Sequence record: OL825705.1
DNA length: 64,000 nucleotides
Strand: one strand, 5' to 3'
DNA from: Escherichia phage vB_EcoM_DE7
The position numbers and the translations under genes are program-made. The notes under the pieces are model-generated. The model searched no databases. It saw nothing but the letters and a program-made list of their open reading frames with translations, and was not told the DNA's origin. Below, piece after piece: positions 1 to 9,378 of this stretch (position 1 is the first letter of the stretch; each line of letters opens with the position of its first letter).

Positions 1-1469
1 CTTAAAAGCCCTTTATAAAGCTTTCTAGGGGCTTAAAAGAGCCTTAAAAGAATCTTATAAGGGTGTAAGCTTTATTATCTCGTTAGTTATCTTATTGGTA
101 TTGCTATCAATCCCTAGTGAACTACTAAAAAGGGCTTGCTAGTGTCTTAAAAGTATGTTATAGGGGCTTAAAAGTAGCTTAAAAGTTACGTAAAAGGGGC
201 TATAAAGTTACGTAAATGCTAGCCCCCTTAACATTTTCTTAACAATTTCTTAACAATCCCTACATAGTTATACTTTTAAGGCACTTGTTAGCAACTTGTT
301 AGCCCCTTGTTAAATCTCTGTTAAAACCATGTAAAAGCCTTGTAAGAGCCTTTGACATAGCCTTTAAAGCTCCTGTAAAGCACTATAAAGAGCTTTCTAC
401 ATAGTCGGGGTGTAATTACTAGGAAGGGACTTAAAAGAGCTTACAAGGAGCTATAGAGAGCTTTTAAAAGGTATGTTTAGAGAATCACTAAGATGGAAAA
501 GGGAACGATAAGAAAAGAGTAGTGACCATGTTAATAGCTTGTTAAAAAGGTTAAACACTTGTTAGGAACTTGTTAATTATCTTAACAAAATAACTCTTAA
601 AAATTAACTTGTTAGCTCTTGTTAGTCAACTGTTAAGCCTCTGTAAAGACCATGTAGCAACTGTTAAGGAACTGTTACCCTCTTGTTAAAACTGTTAAGA
701 ATCTGTTAATACCTCTGAAGAGATGTTAAGAGGTTGTAGTAACTGTTAAGAGATTGTTAAGGATATTTTAAAATTCTGCAAAGGGGATGTTACAGGGATG
801 TTAAGGGTTACCAAGCAGATATACATCATGAGGTAGATTCTACCGAATCAACTCTACAGATATTTTTGAGTTCCTTCAAAGACCCTAAAAAATGACTTGA
901 CAACTCTATTTTATAAAAAAATTAAAATTCTGAATAATTACCTATACAGTCTTCTAAAAATACAGGCATAAACAGGCTTATAAGATACCTTGTTAGTACC
1001 GTGTTAGACCTTGTGAGATAAGGTCTGTAAAGATATTCCTGTTAAGTTTGTTAAAACAGTCTATATAGAGGCTTAGTATTTCCTAGTGAACACCTATAGA
1101 GAGTATCATAGCTGACATAATGGGTTACTGTTAAGTAACACAGGTAACCTAGAGATTAAGAGGTGTATAGGGGCTTCTAAGAGGCTATAGAGAGATGGTT
1201 AAGGTGATTGTATAGGTTGTTAAGAGGGCTTGTTAGAAGGCTTGTTAGAGGGCTATTTAGAAGGTTTATACAGAGGGCTATTAAGACCACTAGATAGTTA
1301 CTAAGATACTATATAGTACTATATAACTATATATAGAGAGTAAGCTTAAGAAGGTTGCTAAGAAGGGTAGATATTTTATTCACAGATGATGGTGACCCAG
1401 AGGTTGGGACAACCGATAAAATTTTATAAAAATTAAAAAGCCCCCAATTAAGGAGGCTCTTAAGATATT
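1..1469. repeat. Non-coding repeat-dense region with short dispersed motifs (CTTAAAAG, YTGTTAAG/TTGTTAG, AAGTTACGTAAA x2, ACTATATA x3); candidate origin, terminus or regulatory hub
   Basis: No ORF of 60 aa or more on either strand; dozens of 7-12 bp motif copies visible by eye. Confidence 0.6.
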
Positions 1470-2063
1470 TTAAATCAGTGTTTCCAGAACTGTCTTCAGT
1501 GATGACTTGGTTGTCTGATAAAAATGAGTAAATCCATTGTTGTTATCAAATACCAGCATCATGATATCATCTCCATTAATTGGGTACACTCGGATATCAT
1601 AGTAAAACCCATTAAAGACAGCAGAACCATTACAGAATGCTCTAAAGTCATCTACTGAGATATACTCTTCGTGACCTGTGATTTTTATACAAACACCTTT
1701 ACTCGGTCTCTTAGGGTTGATATCTTCCATCACAGACATACTCTGTCCACCAAGAGATACCATAGTGACCACTTTACGGTTCTTCTGTCTAAAGTACATC
1801 TTAACTTTCTGCAAAGTGTCTTCATAGAACGGATAAGACCTCTCTACAAAGATTCCTTCAAGTGGCTCTTTACCATTTTCAACTTCTCTGTTATGCCGTA
1901 CTTCAAAGATAATTTGTTGGAACCAGTCAAGATTTTCTTCGGAGAGTGCTTCCCGAATATCAGCCCAATCAAGTACTAGGTAGTTGCCTTCAACTTCTTT
2001 TAAGTTATCTTTTTTCATATCTATCACACCATTATCGTAAAACTTGGTAGTCTGGTACTGCAA
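1470..2063 (-). CDS. hypothetical protein (197 aa)
   Basis: Intact ORF, first gene of leftward cluster; no recognisable motif. Confidence 0.5.
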   Translation of the reverse strand: MQYQTTKFYDNGVIDMKKDNLKEVEGNYLVLDWADIREALSEENLDWFQQIIFEVRHNREVENGKEPLEGIFVERSYPFYEDTLQKVKMYFRQKNRKVVTMVSLGGQSMSVMEDINPKRPSKGVCIKITGHEEYISVDDFRAFCNGSAVFNGFYYDIRVYPINGDDIMMLVFDNNNGFTHFYQTTKSSLKTVLETLI

Positions 2064-2496
2064 ACTTGTTGTTGTTGTTCTTAATGAGGTCTTCTTCTGT
2101 TACTAAGAATGTAAGACCACACAAGTGTGTATATCTGCTGTCATACTCGAATACTTTAAGTAAGTATTTACCATCATGATAAACAGATTCTACTACACCT
2201 TTTGCAACAATCTTTCCAGTCTTGAAGTCTTTAAGAGGGTATACATTACCAACTTTAGGAACTGTTTTCATCTCAGGTTCTTTTAGCTTCTCACTAGCTT
2301 CTACATCACCTAGTAAGTTAGAACTTCCAAAAGCTCTGAATCTCATATAAGCTTCTGAGCATTCCCAGATAAAACAATGTACAAGAACCTTAGCAGCATG
2401 TCTTGAGCAATTCAACTCATCACAGATTTCTTTGTACATTTCATCTTTAGTTGAGTTGTTAAGCATTGCTTTTTGAACAACTTCTTTAATTTTCAT
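2032..2496 (-). CDS. hypothetical protein (154 aa)
   Basis: Intact ORF, same strand as neighbours, short overlap with downstream gene. Confidence 0.5.
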   Translation of the reverse strand: MKIKEVVQKAMLNNSTKDEMYKEICDELNCSRHAAKVLVHCFIWECSEAYMRFRAFGSSNLLGDVEASEKLKEPEMKTVPKVGNVYPLKDFKTGKIVAKGVVESVYHDGKYLLKVFEYDSRYTHLCGLTFLVTEEDLIKNNNNKFAVPDYQVLR

Positions 2497-2549
2497 TTCG
2501 CTACCTTCTAAGTTCCTATAAAGGGGCTATCAAGTAACCCCTTAAGTCA

Positions 2550-2774
2550 TTACTCAGACTTTTCAGTCTTCTTATCAGATTTCTTACTAGTCTTCTTCTC
2601 AGCTTTCTGCTCAGGTTCCTTCTCAGAAGTTTCCTTGATAATCATATCAAGAAGCTCTGATAAGTCACTCTTCAGCAGTGTAACAGGCTGCTCATTGTAG
2701 AAGTTTTTGTCAAGATAAACTTTGAACTCTTCAATAGAAGGAAATCCAAAAATTGGTACAGGTGTCTTAATCAT
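2550..2774 (-). CDS. hypothetical protein (74 aa) with Lys/Glu-rich C-terminal tail
   Basis: ORF ends ...KEPEQKAEKKTSKKSDKKTEKSE. Confidence 0.4.
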   Translation of the reverse strand: MIKTPVPIFGFPSIEEFKVYLDKNFYNEQPVTLLKSDLSELLDMIIKETSEKEPEQKAEKKTSKKSDKKTEKSE

Positions 2775-2850
2775 TACTTAGTTTCTCCATAGGCATCTTT
2801 TAAGATTGCCTTGTTAATCATTTCAGCGATTGCAAAACGAACACATACAG

Positions 2851-3384
2851 CTATAATTGTAGGTTGCATTCTTTACTTACCTCTTCCAGTTTAACCTCAG
2901 AGTTCTTGAGTCGTTTCTTATGAACTCTGAATCTTAGTAGTGAAATGATGATACCAGCTAAAGGAACAGCATACAAGTACCAAACATCATATACCTTTGC
3001 AGTAATCTGTGTAATGGTCAAGTCTTGAGCTATGTAGCTGATTGCTGATACGGCTAGTAATGTTGCTAAGAAGAAAACCAGTACCATTACCGTACTTAAA
3101 CAACCTCTGGCATGGTGTTCGTGCTTAATGCACTTATTCTTTTCGTCAACAACCCTGTTGTAGTCGTTTGTAAAGTCTCTGTAGAAAGCTTTCAAGTATT
3201 CTTGACTGTAGCCTTCAAAGCAACCTGTACCGTACCAATAATCACCACCAAAGTGTGCTATGATACCGGTATCTCCATTTGGTTTGGTTACTCTTAAAGA
3301 GACGTGATGACCAGTCTTCTGGTAGTCTATTTTATATCTTTCTTCGTAAATCATTTCCCAACCCCTCTCAATCGTTTGCTCCAC
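2851..3384 (-). CDS. putative membrane protein (177 aa)
   Basis: Long hydrophobic segments (VMVLVFFLATLLAVSAISYIA, VPLAGIIISLL). Confidence 0.45.
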   Translation of the reverse strand: MEQTIERGWEMIYEERYKIDYQKTGHHVSLRVTKPNGDTGIIAHFGGDYWYGTGCFEGYSQEYLKAFYRDFTNDYNRVVDEKNKCIKHEHHARGCLSTVMVLVFFLATLLAVSAISYIAQDLTITQITAKVYDVWYLYAVPLAGIIISLLRFRVHKKRLKNSEVKLEEVSKECNLQL

Positions 3385-3584
3385 TCAAGGTCAACAAGTC
3401 TTTGCAGGACTTTCCCTCTAGGTGTTACACCTTTTAAATCTGCATCGTAGCAACGGTAAAAGTCACCTTCAGCGTGTTTACCATAGCATTTTCTGATATT
3501 CTGACTTCTACGGTATTGTTCTAATAGAGACAGTCTGTAGTAATCTTCAACTGTAGTTAGTTTTTTCATTCTTTCACCACGCAT
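3351..3584 (-). CDS. hypothetical protein (77 aa)
   Basis: ORF in gene-dense leftward cluster. Confidence 0.35.
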   Translation of the reverse strand: MRGERMKKLTTVEDYYRLSLLEQYRRSQNIRKCYGKHAEGDFYRCYDADLKGVTPRGKVLQRLVDLEWSKRLRGVGK

Positions 3585-3652
3585 CTTCTTAAGAAACTAA
3601 AAAGGGAACTACCTCTCGATAGCTCCCATCATAGTTAACATTGTATATTCGG

Positions 3653-4234
3653 TCAAGAGTATTTTTTAGGCAGTAATGCGCTTCTCTTGTTGCTCTCTTC
3701 ACTCAATAGTGCGATAAAATCGTCACCTTTGCCTTTCCACGGGCTGAATGAAGGGATATGTTCACGAATGGCTTCAATCACTGTCTTCAGTGCTGTATTT
3801 TTCATCCACCAGTCAGAATCTGCTGATGCTACAACATAGTACCCGCCATCATCGGTAAGGATTGGCTCTGAGATACACGGTGAAATCAGAGTGGTGATAA
3901 TTGAACCATTGTTCATGTAGTATGTGCGCTTCATAACCTTTTCAAGAAGCTTGTGAAGGTCACCAAACAGTGTTACAAGCTCTTTGTGGTCAATGTCTTT
4001 TTCGAGATTTGCTCGATACTTCAAAAGTGCAGCATCAACTTCTCTGTCATTAAACTTGAAGTACTGAACTTCCTCAACAAGACAAACACTGATGTTGTTG
4101 ACATTCATAGTCAACTTGCAGACTTTTGCAGGAGAATTGATATTTGGTTGAAAAAGTGCAATACACCCTTCAATGTTTCCAAAATGTTGTACTAATGTCA
4201 CTTGTGGAGTGATACTCTGTTGCTCTTCGGACAT
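3653..4234 (-). CDS. hypothetical protein (193 aa)
   Basis: Intact ORF, no recognisable motif. Confidence 0.5.
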   Translation of the reverse strand: MSEEQQSITPQVTLVQHFGNIEGCIALFQPNINSPAKVCKLTMNVNNISVCLVEEVQYFKFNDREVDAALLKYRANLEKDIDHKELVTLFGDLHKLLEKVMKRTYYMNNGSIITTLISPCISEPILTDDGGYYVVASADSDWWMKNTALKTVIEAIREHIPSFSPWKGKGDDFIALLSEESNKRSALLPKKYS

Positions 4235-4578
4235 TACAGTTTCCTCATTAAATACTTTTTAAGTTGTGTGTTAGGTTTCTCAAAAACTTCTATAGAAGAT
4301 ATCTTGACAGATTCACCACGCATACCTGTATGTTTGAATATATAGTACTCTAACATCCCTATATACTTTGCTGGTAAGTCATGCTTGACATACACCGTTA
4401 CAGAATCTTCAAATTCAACAACCTTTGTACCATCTTTGTAGTTAAACTCTTTAGGATGGTTATAGTTGTCAATATCGTACATTAAAAAGAGTCTTTTCCG
4501 TTGCATATCAAGCTTATTGGTTAAAGACTCTTTGATATCTGAGAAGTTTTTGTACACTGTGACATGGAGCTTACTCAT
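4234..4578 (-). CDS. hypothetical protein (114 aa)
   Basis: Intact ORF, start abuts stop of upstream gene. Confidence 0.45.
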   Translation of the reverse strand: MSKLHVTVYKNFSDIKESLTNKLDMQRKRLFLMYDIDNYNHPKEFNYKDGTKVVEFEDSVTVYVKHDLPAKYIGMLEYYIFKHTGMRGESVKISSIEVFEKPNTQLKKYLMRKL

Positions 4579-4864
4579 CGTTAAACTCTCTGACGAAGAA
4601 ATAATTGACTTTATTATTACCTACCATAAGGTCAAAGCAGGTATTCTCAAAAGGTTTGTTGTAGGCATCATATGAGGTGTATGTATCAGCTACTTGTTTA
4701 GTGTTGAGCTTTTTACTTGATGGATTTAAGAGGCCACCATACAGTTTCTTGATAGCCTCTTCTACAACAGACCAGATAATTTCGTCAGTAATTTCTTCGT
4801 ACAGGTCAAGTTCACGCTCTAGTGAGAAGTCACAAATAGGGAAAATAACCTGTACTTTACTCAT
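4571..4864 (-). CDS. hypothetical protein (97 aa)
   Basis: Intact ORF, overlapping start/stop with neighbours. Confidence 0.45.
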   Translation of the reverse strand: MSKVQVIFPICDFSLERELDLYEEITDEIIWSVVEEAIKKLYGGLLNPSSKKLNTKQVADTYTSYDAYNKPFENTCFDLMVGNNKVNYFFVREFNDE

Positions 4865-5259
4865 TAACGAATAACCTGTGTGACTTGAATTGCTTCAGTT
4901 ACGGACAATTCACCTACTTTCTCTTCTTTGATAAAAGTGAAGGTGAGTTCAACAGGTTCTTCCTCTTCTTGCTCAACCGGAATACCGTTAAGCTCATCAA
5001 AGATTGATTGGGTAGTCCAGTCTTCCCCACCATCTGGATAGTGGATGGCATAAAGAGGGAACTCTAAATTATACCAAGCAAAAACAGGGCAACCATCTGC
5101 ATCATCTCGGCATCTGTGGAGATATGTGTTTGTACCTTCAAAATGCAAATGGAGATTCCCATTCTTCTCAAAGATGAGAGCATCTTGCAGGTCTAGTTCC
5201 TCATTTTCGCTGTAACGGCTAACATCGACTTTAACGTGAATATGACTGTTATTATTCAT
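4864..5259 (-). CDS. hypothetical protein (131 aa)
   Basis: Intact ORF; acidic, Cys/His-containing. Confidence 0.45.
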   Translation of the reverse strand: MNNNSHIHVKVDVSRYSENEELDLQDALIFEKNGNLHLHFEGTNTYLHRCRDDADGCPVFAWYNLEFPLYAIHYPDGGEDWTTQSIFDELNGIPVEQEEEEPVELTFTFIKEEKVGELSVTEAIQVTQVIR

Positions 5260-5650
5260 AAAAACCTCTCTCTGCTTGTTCGATTTTTGCTTTTAGAACT
5301 TCACACCTTTCAATGTGATATCTGGCTTCATTCTCATGTGTCGCCAAAGTTCTTTCAAGAATGGTTTTATAGTAACCTGAAAGTTGCTCTCTTGTCAATG
5401 GGTTCTCTGAAATAATATCAAGACCACTTTCACCTAGTGTATTAAACTGCCCATGCTCATTTACATGGTAAGTCTCAAACTTGAATAAACCGTTATTAGC
5501 AGCCTCAATAGGTGAGAGTTCAACCAACTCAACAGTAAACATTGTATGCACTCTATCACCAACTGTAACAATGTTACTTCCAATGATGCGTACAAGTGAA
5601 CCATTACGAGTGTACTTAAAAGTCCCAAAGTCACTAGCCCAAAGCTTCAT
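5252..5650 (-). CDS. hypothetical protein (about 132 aa; start moved to internal ATG)
   Basis: ATG at 5650 preceded by AAGGAG-type RBS (minus strand); the longer track ORF would run through the terminator hairpin. Confidence 0.45.
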   Translation of the reverse strand: MKLWASDFGTFKYTRNGSLVRIIGSNIVTVGDRVHTMFTVELVELSPIEAANNGLFKFETYHVNEHGQFNTLGESGLDIISENPLTREQLSGYYKTILERTLATHENEARYHIERCEVLKAKIEQAERGFYE

Positions 5651-5664
5651 AGTTTTTCTCCTTA

Positions 5665-5692
5665 GAAAATAAAAAAGGCTCCCGAAGGAGCC
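5665..5692 (-). terminator. rho-independent terminator downstream of endolysin gene
   Basis: GGCTCC-CGAA-GGAGCC hairpin followed by T-run on minus strand. Confidence 0.65.
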
Positions 5693-5702
5693 TATGAAGA
5701 TA

Positions 5703-6167
5703 TTACTTTGGGTATACACTGTCAAGATAAATGTCAGCTTCCATTCTACGTCTGTTTTTCAGACCGTTTGAAGTGACCTTCTTACCTTTGACTGTAACCT
5801 TGTTCCACCACTGCATAGCTTCTGCACAACCTACCTTGTTACCAGCATTGTGGCGCTTGATAAATGTAGAATCCTGCATAGCTGTGATACCGATGTTGTA
5901 TGTTTCACTTACAAGTGCATCGAACTCATTCTGAGAAGTTGGAACCTTGATAGCTTTATTCACTGCTGCAACAAACTTCTCAACATCTGCGAGAAGATAA
6001 TGTTCAGCTTGTTCAGCAGTAATTTTCATACCCATCTTAACAGGTTTTCCGTCAATACGGATTGTACCATACCCAATTGTTGGGATTCCGGCAGAGTCTT
6101 CGTAAGCCTCTAACTTCAGACCTTCAAAGAACTTAATAGCCTCTAAACCTTTTCTTGAGAGTTGCAT
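5703..6167 (-). CDS. endolysin, GH24 (T4/lambda-type) lysozyme
   Basis: N-terminal LEAIKFFEGLKLEAYEDSAGIPTIGYGT matches lysozyme catalytic region. Confidence 0.8.
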   Translation of the reverse strand: MQLSRKGLEAIKFFEGLKLEAYEDSAGIPTIGYGTIRIDGKPVKMGMKITAEQAEHYLLADVEKFVAAVNKAIKVPTSQNEFDALVSETYNIGITAMQDSTFIKRHNAGNKVGCAEAMQWWNKVTVKGKKVTSNGLKNRRRMEADIYLDSVYPK

Positions 6168-7300
6168 TATGCCTCCCCTGTTGGGTTAACTGTAACTGTT
6201 GCTACATTAGACGTTACAGAGCCACCTGCACCAGTAACTACACAGGTGTAGCTTCCTGCATCAGCAGCAGTTGCACCTTCTTTGGTATAAGTTGCAGTAG
6301 TTGCGTCTAGGATGTTTTCCTCACCCTTCTTCCACTGATAACCTGTCGCACCAGTAGCCACAACACTTAGTGTCAAGGTATCACCTTCAGTGATTTCTTG
6401 ATTGGTTGGCTGCTGAGTGATAACTGGCAAAGCATTTACCGTGATTGTTGCAGGGTTAGAAGTAACAGAACCTCCAGCACCAGTTACAACACAAGTATAG
6501 GAACCTGCATCTGCTGGCAGTGCACCAGACTTGCTATAGGTAGCGTTTGTAGCTGAAGGGATGTCAGAGCCATCTTTCTTCCACTGGTAACCTGTTGCAC
6601 CTGTTGCAGTCACTGATAGACTGATGTTTCCACCTTCATTAATGGTCTGGCTAGAAGGTTGCTGTGTAATCACAGGCAGTGCGTTCACAGTAACTGTTGC
6701 TGCATCTGAGGTGACACTTGTTCCACCCTCTCCAGATACAACACAAGTGTATGAACCAGCATCAGAAGGTGCTACGGATTGTTTTGTGTAAGTTGCAGAA
6801 GTGGCACTGGGGATGTCCTCACCATCCTTCTTCCACTGATATCCAGTGGCGTTAGTTGCTAGAACACTTAAAGTAAGTGTGCCACCCTCATTGACTGTTT
6901 GGCCTGTTGGTTGCTGAGTAATTGCTGGTGGCTTAATAGCATCCTTCAGCTTAGCATTCAACATTGAGAACGGCTTAACTCTTGCCAACCATTCACAATA
7001 CACTGTGTCAACGTCTTTACCATTGATGATTGCATACTGTAAATCCATGAAGAAATCAGCAGTTCTCATCTGTGCACCAACACTGTAAAGGAGTTCATCA
7101 CTAAAAGGAACTTTGTAGTCTGGTTTGTAGTCAAACTTCGCAACCTCTGCAATATCAGCTTCAGGCCAATATGAGCTATAGGTGAGTGGTAAAATAGCTT
7201 CTTGATATGTTCTAAAATCATATCTCTTACCAGCCTTTACATTTGCAACGAAACCTTTTACAAATTCTTTGAAGTCTGGGTAAGTCTTTGCTTTAATCAT
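6167..7300 (-). CDS. protein with N-terminal domain plus three tandem Ig-like domains (377 aa)
   Basis: Three about 80-aa repeats each with ITQQP...GATGYQWKKDG...AGSYTCVV...VTVN motifs. Confidence 0.6.
   Translation of the reverse strand: MIKAKTYPDFKEFVKGFVANVKAGKRYDFRTYQEAILPLTYSSYWPEADIAEVAKFDYKPDYKVPFSDELLYSVGAQMRTADFFMDLQYAIINGKDVDTVYCEWLARVKPFSMLNAKLKDAIKPPAITQQPTGQTVNEGGTLTLSVLATNATGYQWKKDGEDIPSATSATYTKQSVAPSDAGSYTCVVSGEGGTSVTSDAATVTVNALPVITQQPSSQTINEGGNISLSVTATGATGYQWKKDGSDIPSATNATYSKSGALPADAGSYTCVVTGAGGSVTSNPATITVNALPVITQQPTNQEITEGDTLTLSVVATGATGYQWKKGEENILDATTATYTKEGATAADAGSYTCVVTGAGGSVTSNVATVTVNPTGEA
6175..6950 (-). repeat. Three tandem about 240 bp coding repeats (Ig-like domains)
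   Basis: Repeated protein motifs; nucleotide repeats visible (e.g. ccactggtaacctgt...). Confidence 0.6.
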
Positions 7301-7668
7301 TTCTTTTTAGCCTCTAAACGTGCGTTTAATCTAAAATAGCCTTTGTGTTGTGGAGACACATCACTAACAACAATACCTTCAACTTTATAACCCTTACCAA
7401 TTACATACTGGATATCCATAAGAAACGTACCAAGCCCAACAATGTGGAACATTGGGTACAATAACTTATCGGAATCTGGGAGATTAATATCTGGGATGTA
7501 GGTAGGTTGTTTACTAGTTGGTGTGATATCTTCTTCAGGCCATTTGCTAAGTCTCCATGTTAAAGGTGATGCAATAACATCGTTAAGATTATATCTCTCA
7601 CCTTTCTCCACAGAATTAATATAGGATTGTAGGAAGCAATAAAAGTCTTTTGCACTCTTAGCCTTCAT
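7297..7668 (-). CDS. hypothetical protein (123 aa), paralogous to the N-terminal domain of the Ig-like protein
   Basis: MKAKSAKDF...KWPEEDI...LLYP...FLMDIQYVI parallels MIKAKTYPDF...YWPEADI...LLYS...FFMDLQYAI. Confidence 0.55.
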   Translation of the reverse strand: MKAKSAKDFYCFLQSYINSVEKGERYNLNDVIASPLTWRLSKWPEEDITPTSKQPTYIPDINLPDSDKLLYPMFHIVGLGTFLMDIQYVIGKGYKVEGIVVSDVSPQHKGYFRLNARLEAKKK

Positions 7669-7715
7669 TAAATATCCTTATAAATAGATAAAGGGGCATT
7701 AGCCCCTGTTTATAC

Positions 7716-8306
7716 TTAAGCTTTTGTCTTAAGTAAGTTCTTAAGCTTTTTGAGATTCATGCTCTCGTCAAACTTAAAACCAAATCCATTGACATAATCA
7801 ATGAACTCGGATTTCTTGCTAAGTGATAATGCGTAGCTCATATCAAAGTTATTACTTGTTTCTGCGTCTGGACTAGAGTTCACATCAAATGAAATTTCTG
7901 TAGGCTCTTGCTTGCTACTTCTCATATTATCAATCAATAGACAGGTGTAGTTCGCTGGATAGAAGTTAACACTCCCATCAACATACCCATACTTATTATT
8001 GTGAATAAGGCTGGAAAATACCTTAAGAAATGTTTCTGAGTCGTGGCATACAAGTTTGAATTGACTGCATTCCCCAAGAGCCACTAAAGAGTAAGGGCTT
8101 TCACTATCAATGTCGTAGTTTGGATTTGATGTTGTAACCGTCACACGCATCAAGTTATTAGCAATAGTCTTCTGCTTGAAAGAATTTGGGACATAGTGAA
8201 GACCTCTATCACACTGATTAACTAACTCTTTAAGTAGGTCATTTGCATATGGTGAATTAATTGATACAGAGCCATCACTATTATAATTAAAACTTACTGT
8301 TAACAT
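7716..8306 (-). CDS. hypothetical protein (196 aa)
   Basis: Intact ORF. Confidence 0.5.
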   Translation of the reverse strand: MLTVSFNYNSDGSVSINSPYANDLLKELVNQCDRGLHYVPNSFKQKTIANNLMRVTVTTSNPNYDIDSESPYSLVALGECSQFKLVCHDSETFLKVFSSLIHNNKYGYVDGSVNFYPANYTCLLIDNMRSSKQEPTEISFDVNSSPDAETSNNFDMSYALSLSKKSEFIDYVNGFGFKFDESMNLKKLKNLLKTKA

Positions 8307-8533
8307 TTTTCAGTTCTCCTGCGATTTATGATTTTGCTGCAATAGAGAAACGAAGTAAACTCACTGGAAGAAACCATTAAGTGTTGTTCACTAGATTGAG
8401 CCATTGCCCTGAAATACATTCCAGTCAAAGCATCATAGTGACTATTCTTTCCAATTGAGATTATATAGCCATGACTCTTTGCAGTTTTATATAAATCTAT
8501 AATATCTGCGATTTCTAATTGGGAACTACACAT
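8300..8533 (-). CDS. hypothetical protein (77 aa)
   Basis: ORF directly downstream of divergent promoter region. Confidence 0.35.
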   Translation of the reverse strand: MCSSQLEIADIIDLYKTAKSHGYIISIGKNSHYDALTGMYFRAMAQSSEQHLMVSSSEFTSFLYCSKIINRRRTEKC

Positions 8534-8768
8534 AGATAATCCTCTTGTCTTCTGTAATTTTGAAAGAACAGGTACAGACCAATTTCAGAGGATGAATAGT
8601 AGAGTGACTCTACCCTTTTTGATTCCTTACAGTGATTGGTATTTTTACCTTTCTTCGGGTTGTTTGATTTTCTCATTAAGTCTCCTTTGTAGAACAAGGC
8701 AGACCTACAGCTTTAAGTAAGATGGTACAGTAATCCATACAACAAGTCAAGAACTATTACAAGTTAAA

Positions 8769-8816
8769 AAAGTTGTTGACAAAGGACTTGACAAGGTGTA
8801 GGCTTATAAATACTTA
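8769..8816. promoter_or_regulatory. Divergent promoter region with tandem TTGACA element (GTTGACAAAGGACTTGACAAGGTGT)
   Basis: AT-rich upstream tract, two TTGACA hexamers 12 bp apart; near-identical element at 50052-50080. Confidence 0.45.
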
Positions 8817-8925
8817 GAAGATAACTTAAAAGGTTCCTCTAAAAAGGCTATTTAAACAGATATCTTTCTGGATATCTATCTTTTATCTTAAAAGCCTTTT
8901 AAGAGGTCTTATAAGAGGCATACCA

Positions 8926-9297
8926 ATGAAAAACAGAACAAACAAAGGCCAGTTTAAAAAAGGCCAGTCTGGAAACCCATCTGGAAGACCAAAAGGCTCT
9001 CGTAACAAAAGCTCTCTCGTAAAAGCTCAGCTGACCATTGATAATTCTGCTGAGTTTGCTGCAAAGTTGTTTGAGGCAATTGTTACAAGGGACGCTGCTA
9101 AGCTTGCAGAGTTCGGTTTGACGACTGACGATGTAAACCTGAAGTCAATGATGGAAGCTGGTAAAACTATCATGACCCACTCAGCAGGTGAGATGAAAGC
9201 AATTGCAGCAGACACTAAGAAGACCCCTGATAACGGTGGTCAGTCTCAGACAGATAACAAACCAACGTTCTCTGCTGTAGCGACTCTCAAAAAATAA
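8926..9297 (+). CDS. hypothetical basic protein with KGQSGNPSGRPKG motif (123 aa)
   Basis: ATG with AAGAGG RBS; Gly/Pro/basic N-terminal motif; function unknown. Confidence 0.5.
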   Translation: MKNRTNKGQFKKGQSGNPSGRPKGSRNKSSLVKAQLTIDNSAEFAAKLFEAIVTRDAAKLAEFGLTTDDVNLKSMMEAGKTIMTHSAGEMKAIAADTKKTPDNGGQSQTDNKPTFSAVATLKK

Positions 9298-9309
9298 TTT
9301 TAAAAGGTG

Positions 9310-9339
9310 TTGACAGACTCTACAAAGTTGCTCTAAAGT
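9310..9339 (+). promoter_or_regulatory. sigma70-like promoter (TTGACA-N18-TAAAGT)
   Basis: Hexamers with AAAAG upstream tract, before the vWA gene. Confidence 0.4.
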
Positions 9340-9378
9340 CTGTCACATCAAACAACAAATGAGAGAAGAGAGTAAAAT

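Noticed and set aside
1-1469. Possible CRISPR array in the repeat-rich left region
   Set aside because: The repeats are only 7-12 bp, of several different families and irregularly spaced; there is no 25-40 bp repeat with uniform spacers and no cas gene.
8515-8697. 60-aa ORF at the end of the leftward cluster
   Set aside because: It overlaps the upstream ORF and the promoter/terminator-like region and has no convincing RBS; kept out of the feature list.
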